From contig JAGQGU010000034.1 in assembly GCA_020432165.1 (NCBI GenBank), positions 39,076 through 103,075 of the forward strand: a stretch of 64,000 bases of DNA, read 5' to 3'. Below are positions 40,237 to 49,334 of the stretch, one piece after another. The notes beneath the pieces were generated by a model. The model made no database searches, was not told where the DNA came from, and saw nothing but the letters and a program-made list of their open reading frames with translations. The DNA is from Thermomicrobiales bacterium (GTDB taxonomy: Bacteria > Chloroflexota > Chloroflexia > Thermomicrobiales > UBA6265). Made by a program: the position numbers and the translations under genes. Positions within the stretch are counted from its first letter, which is position 1. Each line of letters opens with the position of its first letter.

Positions 40237-41208
40237 CTAATACATAACCGCCGCGGCTTCGGTGATGTCCGCCGAGATATCACCGTTATAGAATCCGGAG
40301 TTCGGATCAATCGCGGTCATTGGCAGTCCCTCACTGAAATCCAGCTTCTTCAGATCGACCCAGATCACACTCGGGCTGGTGGAAAGCTCGAAGAAATAGA
40401 GCCGATCGGTGAGATCGCAGACCGTACGGTACTCGGTATTGTAGATACCGAAACCCTTGTATGGTGCGCCAAACGGAACTGAACAATTCCGGACAATCGC
40501 CATCACCCCGGCCACAGCTTCCTGAACCGACTCAGCTGCGGGGAGAAGATTGAGGTAGTATGAGGCCCGCTGGAAGCGATCCCGCGGATTCACATTGCCC
40601 GGCAGCGGCATATCGGAGCTTGGGTGACTGAAGTCTTGCTGAGCCAACAGGGCCAGCTGCTCGGAGTACGCGGGATCGTTGGTCATCAGCTGATATTCGG
40701 AACCGTGATAAATACGGCGTTCACCATCCACAAACTCGATCACGGCTGAATCGCCGGAAGCATCCTCAATCGCCATGTGAATCGACGAATCGCGCCCCTC
40801 GGCGGTCACCATCATCAGCTGGACGCCATCCATCAACGCGAGCGCTTCCGTAACTGTCGCCGCGCAATCGAGCAAGTACTGTGCCCACAAACCCATGTGC
40901 AATACAGGCAGATCGTCGATGCGCTCGGGCAGCTTTGTCGCGGTGAGGAAGAGGCCATGCACCCCCAGCCCCTTCTCATTGATACCGTCTACGGAGCCCA
41001 GATCATAGATCGAGGTCGCAACATTACCGTATAGGCTCGTCCATTGGAGTGGATTCTCCTTCTCCACCTGGATCGGTCCGAGCATGCCACCATTGCGCTG
41101 CAGGCCGCGTGGGTTAACCACGATGCGTGGGCGCGTCGATTCCGGCCAGTCCATTGAACGTCCGACAACCTTAATAGCACTTGAGTTATTGAACACACGT
41201 GTACACAT
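40237..41208 (-). CDS. Choloylglycine hydrolase family (Ntn linear-amide C-N hydrolase)
   Basis: N-terminal Met-Cys (MCTRVF), which is the Ntn nucleophile position. Length and internal motifs fit penicillin V acylase / bile-salt-hydrolase relatives. Confidence 0.8.
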   Translation of the reverse strand: MCTRVFNNSSAIKVVGRSMDWPESTRPRIVVNPRGLQRNGGMLGPIQVEKENPLQWTSLYGNVATSIYDLGSVDGINEKGLGVHGLFLTATKLPERIDDLPVLHMGLWAQYLLDCAATVTEALALMDGVQLMMVTAEGRDSSIHMAIEDASGDSAVIEFVDGERRIYHGSEYQLMTNDPAYSEQLALLAQQDFSHPSSDMPLPGNVNPRDRFQRASYYLNLLPAAESVQEAVAGVMAIVRNCSVPFGAPYKGFGIYNTEYRTVCDLTDRLYFFELSTSPSVIWVDLKKLDFSEGLPMTAIDPNSGFYNGDISADITEAAAVMY

Positions 41209-41305
41209 GGGCTTGACCTCGCGATTTGAATCATCGTAACTCTCGGTATCGTAGCATAGGGTTCCCGTGTTTTCTGGGGATTTCCGGTATACTCGTCGCT
41301 AATAC

Positions 41306-41556
41306 GATGACGGAGCCGAGTAATCGCCGGTACTCTTGATGACCAGCAAGCTGCGGACGATGTGAGCGCAGCCATCACCCTGGCGATGAAGACCCTCCCG
41401 AGTGCGATGTGAACGCGCTATTCCGCCCAAACTCGCCGGTTCGCCACCGTTAGCAGGCTCCAGAAGGTTCGCGAGATAATCGCGAACGAAATTGCGGTGG
41501 CACCACGAGACGCTCCACTCGTCCGCATTTGCGGCGTGGGGCGTCTGGCATTTTTC
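41306..41556 (+). promoter_or_regulatory. T-box leader RNA, Asp (GAC) specifier
   Basis: Ordered T-box elements: k-turn GAUGA, GAGUA, specifier loop GAA-GAC, F-box CCGUUA (41447-52), Stem III (41467-87), T-box UGCGGUGGCACCACGAG (41493-509), a 7-nt UGGCACC antiterminator bulge, and a competing terminator plus U5 (41508-55). A possible -10 TATACT lies at 41288-93. Confidence 0.85.
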
Positions 41557-41572
41557 AGGAAAGGTGGCTGCC

Positions 41573-42859
41573 ATGCCTCCCGTTATCTCTGCGCGTACCC
41601 TCGCGCAATCCCTCTCTGCCCACATGGGCGAAACCATATCGCTGCAGGGGTGGGTGCATCACACCCGCCACCTCAGCGCTGTCGATTTTCTCCTGCTGCG
41701 TGATCGCTCTGGTGTTTGCCAGATTGTGGTTGAGCTGCCGGAGCAACGATCGCTTCTGGCAACACTCCCGCACGAAAGCGTCGTGACCGTGACAGGCAAC
41801 GTCGTTGCGAACAGGCAGGCACCGGGCGGTGTGGAAGTGCATGCTCCGGTGATTGCGCCTATGGTGGTACCTGCATCCGATCCACCATTCGAGCTCTATA
41901 GGCCAGCGCTCGATGTCCATCTCCCCACCCGCCTTGACCATGCGGCGGTGAGCTTGCGTCACCCCCAAGCGATAGCTGCGCAGCGTCTCACCGCGGCCGC
42001 CATGCGTGGGTTCCGTGAGACACTGGATAGTTACGGATTTACGGAGATTCAGACACCGAAACTGCTGGAGACCGCACCCGAAGGCGGAGCGAATGTTTTT
42101 CGTGTCGATTACTTCGGGCGGGATGCGTTTCTGGCGCAGAGTCCGCAGCTTTACAAGCAAATCATGGTCGGTGCGCTGGAGCGTGTCTACGAGGTCGCAC
42201 CCGCTTTTCGTGCCGAGCCGCACGATACCTCGCGCCATGTCAGCCAGTATCTCAGCCTCGATGCCGAGCTTGGATTCATTGCGGATCATCAGGATGTGAT
42301 GGCGGTGCTGCGCGATGTTATTGCGGGCATGATCGCGGCCATGCACATGGTCGATGCTCCCGGTGTCGTGCTGCCCGAGGTACCGGCCGTCATTCCGCAG
42401 ATCCACTTCCGTGATGCCTTGGTATTGGTTGGCGCGCCGGAGGACGAATCGGACCTGGCGCCGGAGCACGAGCGTGCACTCGGGGAATGGGCGCTACAGG
42501 AGCACGGCTCCGCCTGGTGTTTCGTCACCGGTTATCCGATGAAGAAGCGACCCTTCTATACCCATCCTCAGCCGAGCGACCCAACCTGGAGCAACAGCTT
42601 CGATCTGCTCTGTATGGGATTGGAAATCACCACCGGTGGTCAGCGTTTGCATCGCTACGAGGATTATCTGGCCGCGATCACCGCGCGCGAAATGGATCCG
42701 GCACCATTCGCTGGTTACCTGGAAGCATTCCGCACGGGTATGCCTCCGCACGGCGGCTTCGCCATCGGTCTCGAGCGCATGATCAAACAGATCGTTGGCG
42801 CCAGCAACGTCCGCGAGGTCATGCTCTTCCCCCGCGATATGCATCGCCTGGCGCCGTAA
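41573..42859 (+). CDS. aspS: Aspartate--tRNA ligase, type 2 (archaeal/eukaryal-like)
   Basis: N-terminal OB fold, class II motifs (FRAEPHDTSRH, GGFAIGLERM), about 428 aa. The Asp assignment is supported by the upstream GAC specifier. Confidence 0.85.
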   Translation: MPPVISARTLAQSLSAHMGETISLQGWVHHTRHLSAVDFLLLRDRSGVCQIVVELPEQRSLLATLPHESVVTVTGNVVANRQAPGGVEVHAPVIAPMVVPASDPPFELYRPALDVHLPTRLDHAAVSLRHPQAIAAQRLTAAAMRGFRETLDSYGFTEIQTPKLLETAPEGGANVFRVDYFGRDAFLAQSPQLYKQIMVGALERVYEVAPAFRAEPHDTSRHVSQYLSLDAELGFIADHQDVMAVLRDVIAGMIAAMHMVDAPGVVLPEVPAVIPQIHFRDALVLVGAPEDESDLAPEHERALGEWALQEHGSAWCFVTGYPMKKRPFYTHPQPSDPTWSNSFDLLCMGLEITTGGQRLHRYEDYLAAITAREMDPAPFAGYLEAFRTGMPPHGGFAIGLERMIKQIVGASNVREVMLFPRDMHRLAP

Positions 42860-42879
42860 CTCTCACGGGTGGAATGTAG

Positions 42880-43001
42880 CACCGCATTTTACATGCGGTG
42901 TCCGTAGACGTACGCCCGCACATTTCGTGCGGGCCGTGGAGGCGGATACGGTTCAGAATTCATCGCCTTCAGGAACCCGCGAGTAAATCGCGGGCGTACG
43001 T
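42880..43001. terminator. Cluster of three hairpins with an alternative long-range pairing at a convergent junction
   Basis: CACCGCAT-tttac-ATGCGGTG (42880-900), GCCCGCAC-atttc-GTGCGGGC (42914-34) and CCCGCGA-gtaaa-TCGCGGG (42976-94). The 12-nt segment 42908-19 is complementary to 42990-43001. Confidence 0.5.
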
Positions 43002-43073
43002 GCTTTGGATTCCAGGGTATCCGCCCGATATGCAGCACCCACACATTGGGCGGACACCCTCCGGGGTCCGCCC

Positions 43074-44294
43074 CTACCCAGCCAATCCCACTGCTGCTCT
43101 CAGCAACACATTCGCTGCGGCCGCGATATCCTCGGGCGAGGAATACTCCGCCTCCGCGTGGCTGAGACCATCCTTGCTGCGGACGAAGATCATTCCTGCT
43201 GGCCACTGCAGTGCGGCCACACCGGCATCGTGTCCACCACCGGACCACAACTCTCGTACCGGCAACCCTTCCGCAGTCATTGCCTCACGGATCATACCCA
43301 TCACTTCGGTATCGAACAGAATTGTTGGATAGGATTCGTCACCCGAGATCTCAACAGTCACACCCTCGGCAGCCGCTGCCTGTTCGACAACATCCACCAC
43401 ACCGTTCTCCAGCATGGTCAGATCTTCGGCCAGCACGCAGCGAGCATCAATGGTGAAATCCACCTTCGCGGGCACGATATTCATCGCGCCGGGCGCCACG
43501 GACATCTTCCCGACCGTGGCTACGCCATACCCTGCGCACTGCAGCGCCAGCTCGCGGATACCCAGCACCATGCGCGACGCTGCTACCAGTGCGTCCGCGC
43601 GTGAATCCATGGGATTCGCACCGGCATGTCCGGCGCGACCCTTCACCGTAACTTCGCGCCAGAACTGCCCCTGGATACCGCGCACGAGCCCGACCGGGTA
43701 GTCCTCAGCCTCCAAAACCGGACCCTGTTCGATATGCACTTCCAGATAGGCGCGTGCATCCGTCGGACGATTGGCCTTATCACCGGCGTAGCCGATACGA
43801 ACCAGCTCATCGCGAAAGCTGCATCCAGCTTCATCGGTGGCATTCAGCGCTTCTTCGGCAGCGCGCGTGCCCAGCGCAGCGGTCGAACCGAAGAGTCCCG
43901 GCAGGAAGCGTGCTCCTTCCTCGTTGCTCCAGTTGACGATATCGATCGGATGTTTCGTCACGATTCCCTGATCGTTCAGCGTGCGCACGACCTCCAGGGC
44001 TGTCAGCACCCCGACTGGTCCATCGTAACGACCACCAAACGGCACCGAATCGAGATGCGATCCCAGCATCACCGGCGGCAGATCCTCGCTGCCGGCACGA
44101 CGGCCGTACATATTACCGAAATCGTCGATGCGAACCGTCATTCCGGCATCTTCACACCATTCCCGGAAAAGATTGCGCGCATCACGATCCTCATCGGTAA
44201 GTGCCAACCGATACACGCCACCATTGGCTGTCGCGCCGATTTGCCCCATCAGGGCGAGTGATTCAGTCAGTCGGTCCTTATTGATTCCCTGCAT
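43074..44294 (-). CDS. M20-family amidohydrolase (allantoate amidohydrolase / N-carbamoyl-L-amino-acid hydrolase type)
   Basis: GGVYRLALTDEDR..., GSHLDSVPFGGRYDGPVGV metal-binding block and a dimerisation insert. Confidence 0.85.
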   Translation of the reverse strand: MQGINKDRLTESLALMGQIGATANGGVYRLALTDEDRDARNLFREWCEDAGMTVRIDDFGNMYGRRAGSEDLPPVMLGSHLDSVPFGGRYDGPVGVLTALEVVRTLNDQGIVTKHPIDIVNWSNEEGARFLPGLFGSTAALGTRAAEEALNATDEAGCSFRDELVRIGYAGDKANRPTDARAYLEVHIEQGPVLEAEDYPVGLVRGIQGQFWREVTVKGRAGHAGANPMDSRADALVAASRMVLGIRELALQCAGYGVATVGKMSVAPGAMNIVPAKVDFTIDARCVLAEDLTMLENGVVDVVEQAAAAEGVTVEISGDESYPTILFDTEVMGMIREAMTAEGLPVRELWSGGGHDAGVAALQWPAGMIFVRSKDGLSHAEAEYSSPEDIAAAANVLLRAAVGLAG

Positions 44295-44521
44295 CCATGC
44301 TCTCCTCTTGTCGCTCGCATTCTCGCATAGACGGTAACCTCAGATGTACCGAGTGCGAGGTCCGCCCGTTCCATCGGTGTCACGTTGTGGCGGATGATCA
44401 CCACTCATCCGATCTTTCCGAGCGTGCACAAGGCACGCTACTACCGGTGGGGGATGGTCAGCTTCTGTGAAGACTACAAGTGATCGCTATTTGCTACGCT
44501 ACGCTGAGAAGGAGAATATCA

Positions 44522-45082
44522 ATGACCGACCAACCACAACGCTGGACCAAAGCCACTGTCTACCCCGATATGTGGGTGAATCCGGACGACGATCCGCGTG
44601 ATACCGATAAAAACGCGCCCGATGGCGAGCTCCCGACGCTCCTTCATTATCTGAAGAGCTATCGACTCACCATATTGATGAAATGTGATGGTCTGACAGC
44701 TGAGCAGATGGCGACGCGATCGGTGCCACCCTCCGATCTCTCGTTGCTCGGTCTCATCCGTCACCTCGCCGAGGTGGAGCGTGATTGGCGTAACTGGATT
44801 CTCCCCGGCGAGGAGGAACCGCATATCTATGGCGGCCCTGATGCCGATTTCGATGATGTAAAGCCGGAGCAGGCGATGGTCGATGAGGCGTTCGCCAATC
44901 TCGAGAGGGAGCAGGCCGCTACCGATGCCATACTCTCGGGCTACGACGATCTCGGCGTCAAGCCGGGCAAGGGAGAAATCGCCATTCGGGATTTGCAGGT
45001 ACATCGCATCGAGGAATATGCACGCCACGCGGGTCATGCCGACTTGCTGCGCGAATGTATCGATGGCCGGGTGGGGCAATAG
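44522..45082 (+). CDS. DinB/DUF664-family protein
   Basis: LIRHLAEVERDW and EEYARHAGHADLLRE His-triad-type blocks. ATG follows AAGGAGAA. Confidence 0.7.
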   Translation: MTDQPQRWTKATVYPDMWVNPDDDPRDTDKNAPDGELPTLLHYLKSYRLTILMKCDGLTAEQMATRSVPPSDLSLLGLIRHLAEVERDWRNWILPGEEEPHIYGGPDADFDDVKPEQAMVDEAFANLEREQAATDAILSGYDDLGVKPGKGEIAIRDLQVHRIEEYARHAGHADLLRECIDGRVGQ

Positions 45083-45098
45083 GAGAGGTGGAAAAGCA

Positions 45099-45130
45099 GC
45101 AGAGATCGATGCACCTGCACCGATCTCTGC
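45099..45130. terminator. Stem-loop between convergent genes
   Basis: GCAGAGATCG-12 nt-CGATCTCTGC: a 10-bp stem, with a T-rich tract on the minus-strand side. Confidence 0.45.
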
Positions 45131-45213
45131 CCAGGTAAATACCTGATTCTTCGATATCGAGCAATGGCAGCTGGATGTGATCGCCACCAATACCGATATC
45201 CGTTATGCGAAGA

Positions 45214-46296
45214 CTACGAGCCAGACATATCGATGAACGCGTCCATGCCCTGCAGCGGAGCCTCATCGTTTATCCGGATATCAGCCTGAATCTGCTCCAG
45301 AATCGCCACTGCATCGGCACCTTCAGCGAACATATCGCTGGTGAAGACGGAGATGTAGTGATCCAGATCGTCAGCGGTTGCCACGCCCTGAACCAGCCGC
45401 AATCCGAACTCTCCGTCAGTTGCGAACGAGAAGCCGGTTGGGGTGACAATATGCGATGTCATCGTCGCATCTGGTCCCTGGTCCCCGGCTAGCCAGTCCA
45501 TATACTCCTGGGCAACTTCTTCCCAGCCCAGTCCGTCGAATGCGCTCACCTGCATGTTCAGGATGACCGTTTGCTCCGGGTTCTGAAGCTCGATACCGTC
45601 CAGGTTGAACGAGATGATCGTCCAACCCTCTGGCCAGGTCACGTGCATATTGCCGGAGCCGTCAGTGTACTCGCCACCAGACCCTGCCTGCGCATCTGCC
45701 ACTGTTGGTTCTTGCCCGCTGGCCAGCATCGTGACACCGGCATCCAGATCGGTCTGGATATCATCACGACCAAAACCATCAAGAACCGGCACACCATTCA
45801 ACGCTACCGCTGCCTGCACGGACTCGACGGTCGGCGCAAATTCCTCTACCGGGGCGAACAGGGACGTCGCCTTCACACCATCGGTAATTTGGATCAGAAC
45901 GCTAAATACCTGATCCAAATCATCCTTCCAAACAGAGAGGCTATGCTCAACCTCTGAAACCACAGTACCATTGGCATCCACCGTTTGGCTTTCGCCCCCG
46001 GACACCGGTGTCGCTACTATTCCCATCGCATTCAGTGCGTTATCGGTGGTCATTGGTGCGCTGAGATTTCCCACCGCGAGAGTTGCCTGACCAGAAATGA
46101 GCATGGCAAATTCCCCGAGACCATCCACCATTCCGGATTCACGCAAGGTCCAGGGATCCGACCAGGTCAACACCGATCCATCGCCCAACGTGTACGGGGA
46201 TTCCGATTGCGCTGCCACGGAGAGTGTGCGTAGACTCGCCATCCCAAGGGCAGAAACTCCGGCGACGGCTACAAACGAACGACGACTTGATTTCAT
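45214..46296 (-). CDS. Tat-signal exported protein, unknown function
   Basis: MKSSRRSFVAVAGVSALGMASLRTLSVAAQ leader. The body is acidic and beta-rich. Confidence 0.55.
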   Translation of the reverse strand: MKSSRRSFVAVAGVSALGMASLRTLSVAAQSESPYTLGDGSVLTWSDPWTLRESGMVDGLGEFAMLISGQATLAVGNLSAPMTTDNALNAMGIVATPVSGGESQTVDANGTVVSEVEHSLSVWKDDLDQVFSVLIQITDGVKATSLFAPVEEFAPTVESVQAAVALNGVPVLDGFGRDDIQTDLDAGVTMLASGQEPTVADAQAGSGGEYTDGSGNMHVTWPEGWTIISFNLDGIELQNPEQTVILNMQVSAFDGLGWEEVAQEYMDWLAGDQGPDATMTSHIVTPTGFSFATDGEFGLRLVQGVATADDLDHYISVFTSDMFAEGADAVAILEQIQADIRINDEAPLQGMDAFIDMSGS

Positions 46297-46633
46297 GATT
46301 GACACTCCCGAAGATCTTGGCCCCGATATCTCAGGGCAGCTAGGGCCGATCAGAGTTCACATTCAGTTGAATGAGTTCTGTCCCTCCATGGTTACATAAG
46401 GTAACGATCGGAGCAATCCCCAGGAGTTTACGATTCTGTTATCCAACTCATCGCGCCCGCCCAGGTATGGATATAGTGCACATAGTGAACGATCTGGATT
46501 CGTGCCGCTGATCTGCTATTATCAGCGCAGGTAATCGTGTGCACATGCACTGATCGAGAAGGAGGCGTTTTATGAGAGAACTTGTCCGTATCTCCCCCTG
46601 CCTTTGTTCCGTACTCGATCAAGGATGCACTGC

Positions 46634-47710
46634 ATGCTATCAAACCCTCTGCTTCTCTGGGGCGCAACCGAGCGCCATCTAACCCTCGCTTCTGACAATT
46701 CGTCTCTTCATCTCGCCCGCGTCATCGCCCAGGAACGCGGTCAGTACACCGTTATCACGGAAGCTGGCGAGCGGTCTGCGGTGCTCAGCGGCAAGATGCT
46801 CTACGACACCACCGATATCTCCACACTTCCCGGTGTGGGCGATTGGGTGCTGCTGGCTGGCGATGCCGATCTTGGTGTCATCCAGCAGATTCTGCCGCGT
46901 ACCAGCATGATCGCGCGTAAGGCGGTCGGGATGCCGCCACGTCCGCAGGTGATCGCGACCAATGTCGATACCGTTTTCATTTGCATGGCGTTGAACGCGA
47001 ACTTCAATCTGAGCCGCCTGGAGCGCTATCTCGCGGTGGTATGGGAGAGCGGCGCCACACCCGTGGTGGTTTTGACCAAGGCTGATCTCGCGACCGATCT
47101 GGAGGTACAGATCGCGCAGGTGCAGAGTGTCGCGATCGGTGCTGATATCGTCACCACCTCCGCCACCGATCATGTCGGCATCGAAGCCGTGCGCGCCTTC
47201 GTACGGGAAGGTATCACCATCGCCTTCATCGGCTCCTCCGGTGTCGGCAAATCGACACTCGTGAACACCCTGGTCGGTCACGAGGTCCTGAAGACAAGTC
47301 ATCTGCGGAATGACGATCAGGGCCGACATACCACCACGCATCGGGAGGCGATTCTGCTGCCGGGTGGCGGTGTGCTCATCGATACTCCCGGTATGCGCGA
47401 ACTCGGTATCGAAAGCGCCGATGTCGACCGCACATTCGCCGATATTGAGGCCCTCGCGGAGGCATGTCGTTTCGGCGATTGCACGCATCGTTCCGAACCC
47501 GGGTGTGCCGTGCGTGCCGCGGTGGACGATGGCAGCCTTGATCATCGTCGCCTGGAAAGCTGGCGCAAACTCAGCAAGGAGGCCGGATATGCTGGCAAGA
47601 CCAGCCGCCAGATCGGCGATGAGAAGCTGAACCGCATCTTCGGTGGTAAATCCGGTGCCAAGGCCGCCCGCAAGCAGTTCAAGGAAAAGGAACGACTCCG
47701 GGGTGGTTGA
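46634..47710 (+). CDS. rsgA: Ribosome small-subunit-dependent GTPase A
   Basis: OB-fold N-terminus, circularly permuted GTPase motifs (VLTKADL, GSSGVGKSTLVN), Zn knuckle CRFGDCTHRSEPGCAV. The start is uncertain (46604-46634). Confidence 0.85.
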   Translation: MLSNPLLLWGATERHLTLASDNSSLHLARVIAQERGQYTVITEAGERSAVLSGKMLYDTTDISTLPGVGDWVLLAGDADLGVIQQILPRTSMIARKAVGMPPRPQVIATNVDTVFICMALNANFNLSRLERYLAVVWESGATPVVVLTKADLATDLEVQIAQVQSVAIGADIVTTSATDHVGIEAVRAFVREGITIAFIGSSGVGKSTLVNTLVGHEVLKTSHLRNDDQGRHTTTHREAILLPGGGVLIDTPGMRELGIESADVDRTFADIEALAEACRFGDCTHRSEPGCAVRAAVDDGSLDHRRLESWRKLSKEAGYAGKTSRQIGDEKLNRIFGGKSGAKAARKQFKEKERLRGG

Positions 47711-47758
47711 ACACCAGATGTTGACCCGGGGTTCCTGGTGGGCCAGTCTTAGTCCACG

Positions 47759-48145
47759 CTACGATGCCAATTCCCACACGTTCCCTGCTGGATCCGCGAA
47801 GGCGATGGTGCGTGGTCCCCATGGGCGATCCTGGGGACCATTGAGGAAGGTTACGCCCCGCGCTGTCATCTCGGCATAAACCGCGTCTACATCCTCGACG
47901 TGGATCGTGTACATGCATCGTGCCCCGAGTCCCGGTGCCGCAACGGCATTTGGCTCGACCAGCATCGGTGCCTGTTCCACCATGAGGATATTGATCAGAT
48001 TCTCGCCGAAGCGGAAGACGACTGAATGCTCATCCTCGAAGATCGGCTCCATCGCGAAGGCGTTGCTATAGAACGCCTTCATCGTCGGGACATCTTCGGC
48101 AAAGAGTGTGATGGCGAAGAGTGTGCGTGCGATTGGTTGGGTCAC
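47759..48145 (-). CDS. VOC (glyoxalase/bleomycin-resistance) family protein
   Basis: 128-aa paired beta-alpha-beta-beta-beta fold pattern with a C-terminal FADPAGNVWEL block. Confidence 0.7.
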   Translation of the reverse strand: MTQPIARTLFAITLFAEDVPTMKAFYSNAFAMEPIFEDEHSVVFRFGENLINILMVEQAPMLVEPNAVAAPGLGARCMYTIHVEDVDAVYAEMTARGVTFLNGPQDRPWGPRTIAFADPAGNVWELAS

Positions 48146-48392
48146 GTGGTTCCTCTTTCTATTGAGACTATGCCCTGCATCATACGATCAGTGGTGACAG
48201 CCGGGCTTCTCAAATATTGCCCTGCTAGTGGTCCAGCCGGCGGAGCAATGGATGCAATCAACCACACCTGAATCGGGTCCGAGGCACTCCCAATGTGTCA
48301 TCGCAACTTCGGAGAAGAACATAGATGTAGTATCCGCAACAATGGATGTGATCGGATACCCGACTGATTGCGGCTACGGAACGGGAGGCATA

Positions 48393-48860
48393 ATGATGGT
48401 CAATACGCATATGAATCACGGGATGCTAACTGCAACGCGCGATGTCGCAGTGGATCAGCAGACGGCCTTCGATGCCTGGTCGTTGCTGGAGCATCGCCGC
48501 AAGTGGTTCGCCGGGCCAGGATGGACCGAGATCGAGCGTGCACAGGATTTTCGCGTCGGTGGCTCGGAAGTCGCTCACGGTGCATTCCCGGATGGTATCG
48601 AGACGATCTATCAGGCTCGCTATCATCGTATCGATAATGGTCACAGGCTGATCTATGACTTCGATATGACCGTTGCTGGTCAACCCTTCTCAGTCTCTCT
48701 TGCCAGTGCGGAGTTCACTCCTGGCGCGAACGGCACAGTGATCACCTACATCGAACAAGGCATTTTCTTCGCTCCCGAATATGACGCGGAATCGCGTGCC
48801 AAAGGCACCGAAGGGTTGATGGATCAGTTTGCACTCTATGTAAGTAGAGCATTCACCTGA
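48393..48860 (+). CDS. SRPBCC / AHSA1-domain protein
   Basis: AFDAWSLLEHRRKWF ... YIEQG pattern. ATG 48393 follows GGGAGG. The upstream part of the ORF is unlikely to be coding. Confidence 0.7.
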   Translation: MMVNTHMNHGMLTATRDVAVDQQTAFDAWSLLEHRRKWFAGPGWTEIERAQDFRVGGSEVAHGAFPDGIETIYQARYHRIDNGHRLIYDFDMTVAGQPFSVSLASAEFTPGANGTVITYIEQGIFFAPEYDAESRAKGTEGLMDQFALYVSRAFT

Positions 48861-48890
48861 CATCGACATCCCAATTCACCCGCCTCTCTG

Positions 48891-49044
48891 TTAAGCGGTA
48901 CGGCCGGTGGAGCAATGCTCAACACCGGCCGACCTGGGGTGGGGAGGAGAGATGTTGAAGGGGCTTTGGGTTCCTTTCAACACTCGTAGTATCGTTGTGG
49001 CAATTGAGAATTCCCTGAGAGATAGCTGAAATGTTGCTGAATTC
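48891..49044. repeat. 154-bp dispersed repeat, copy 1
   Basis: Near-identical to 54058-54212 in the same orientation (two substitutions and one 1-nt indel by eye). Confidence 0.85.
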
Positions 49045-49334
49045 ATGGAGACCCACGACAGAAGCTGGTTCCTAATGCATCGTGGAGAACTGGATAGGTA
49101 GCAGGGGAGCTTGTCTCCCCTCTGGGGCAGTTTGTCTCCCCTTCCACCGATTCCTCGTGTGATAACTCGTGGGGAATCCGCCATAGGTACGGAGACATGT
49201 ATCATTGACCTATCTGGACATGATCGTCTGCGAATAACTGACACCGATTTTACTAACGCTCGTTATATCAGGTAGATATTCGTATCCCTTTGGTTCTGCG
49301 ATATCGATTCTGTCCCGAATGTTGGGAGGATGCG

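Noticed and set aside
48820-48890. Second ECF41-type promoter next to repeat copy 1
   Set aside because: A TGTCAGG is present on the minus strand, but the sequence 16 nt downstream is ATAG rather than CGTC, and it would fire into the 3' end of the SRPBCC gene.
48891-49244. Minus-strand ORFs running through the two 155-bp repeat copies (48891-49244 and 54021-54278)
   Set aside because: The 1-nt indel between the copies puts the shared sequence in different reading frames, so the repeat is not conserved as minus-strand coding sequence.
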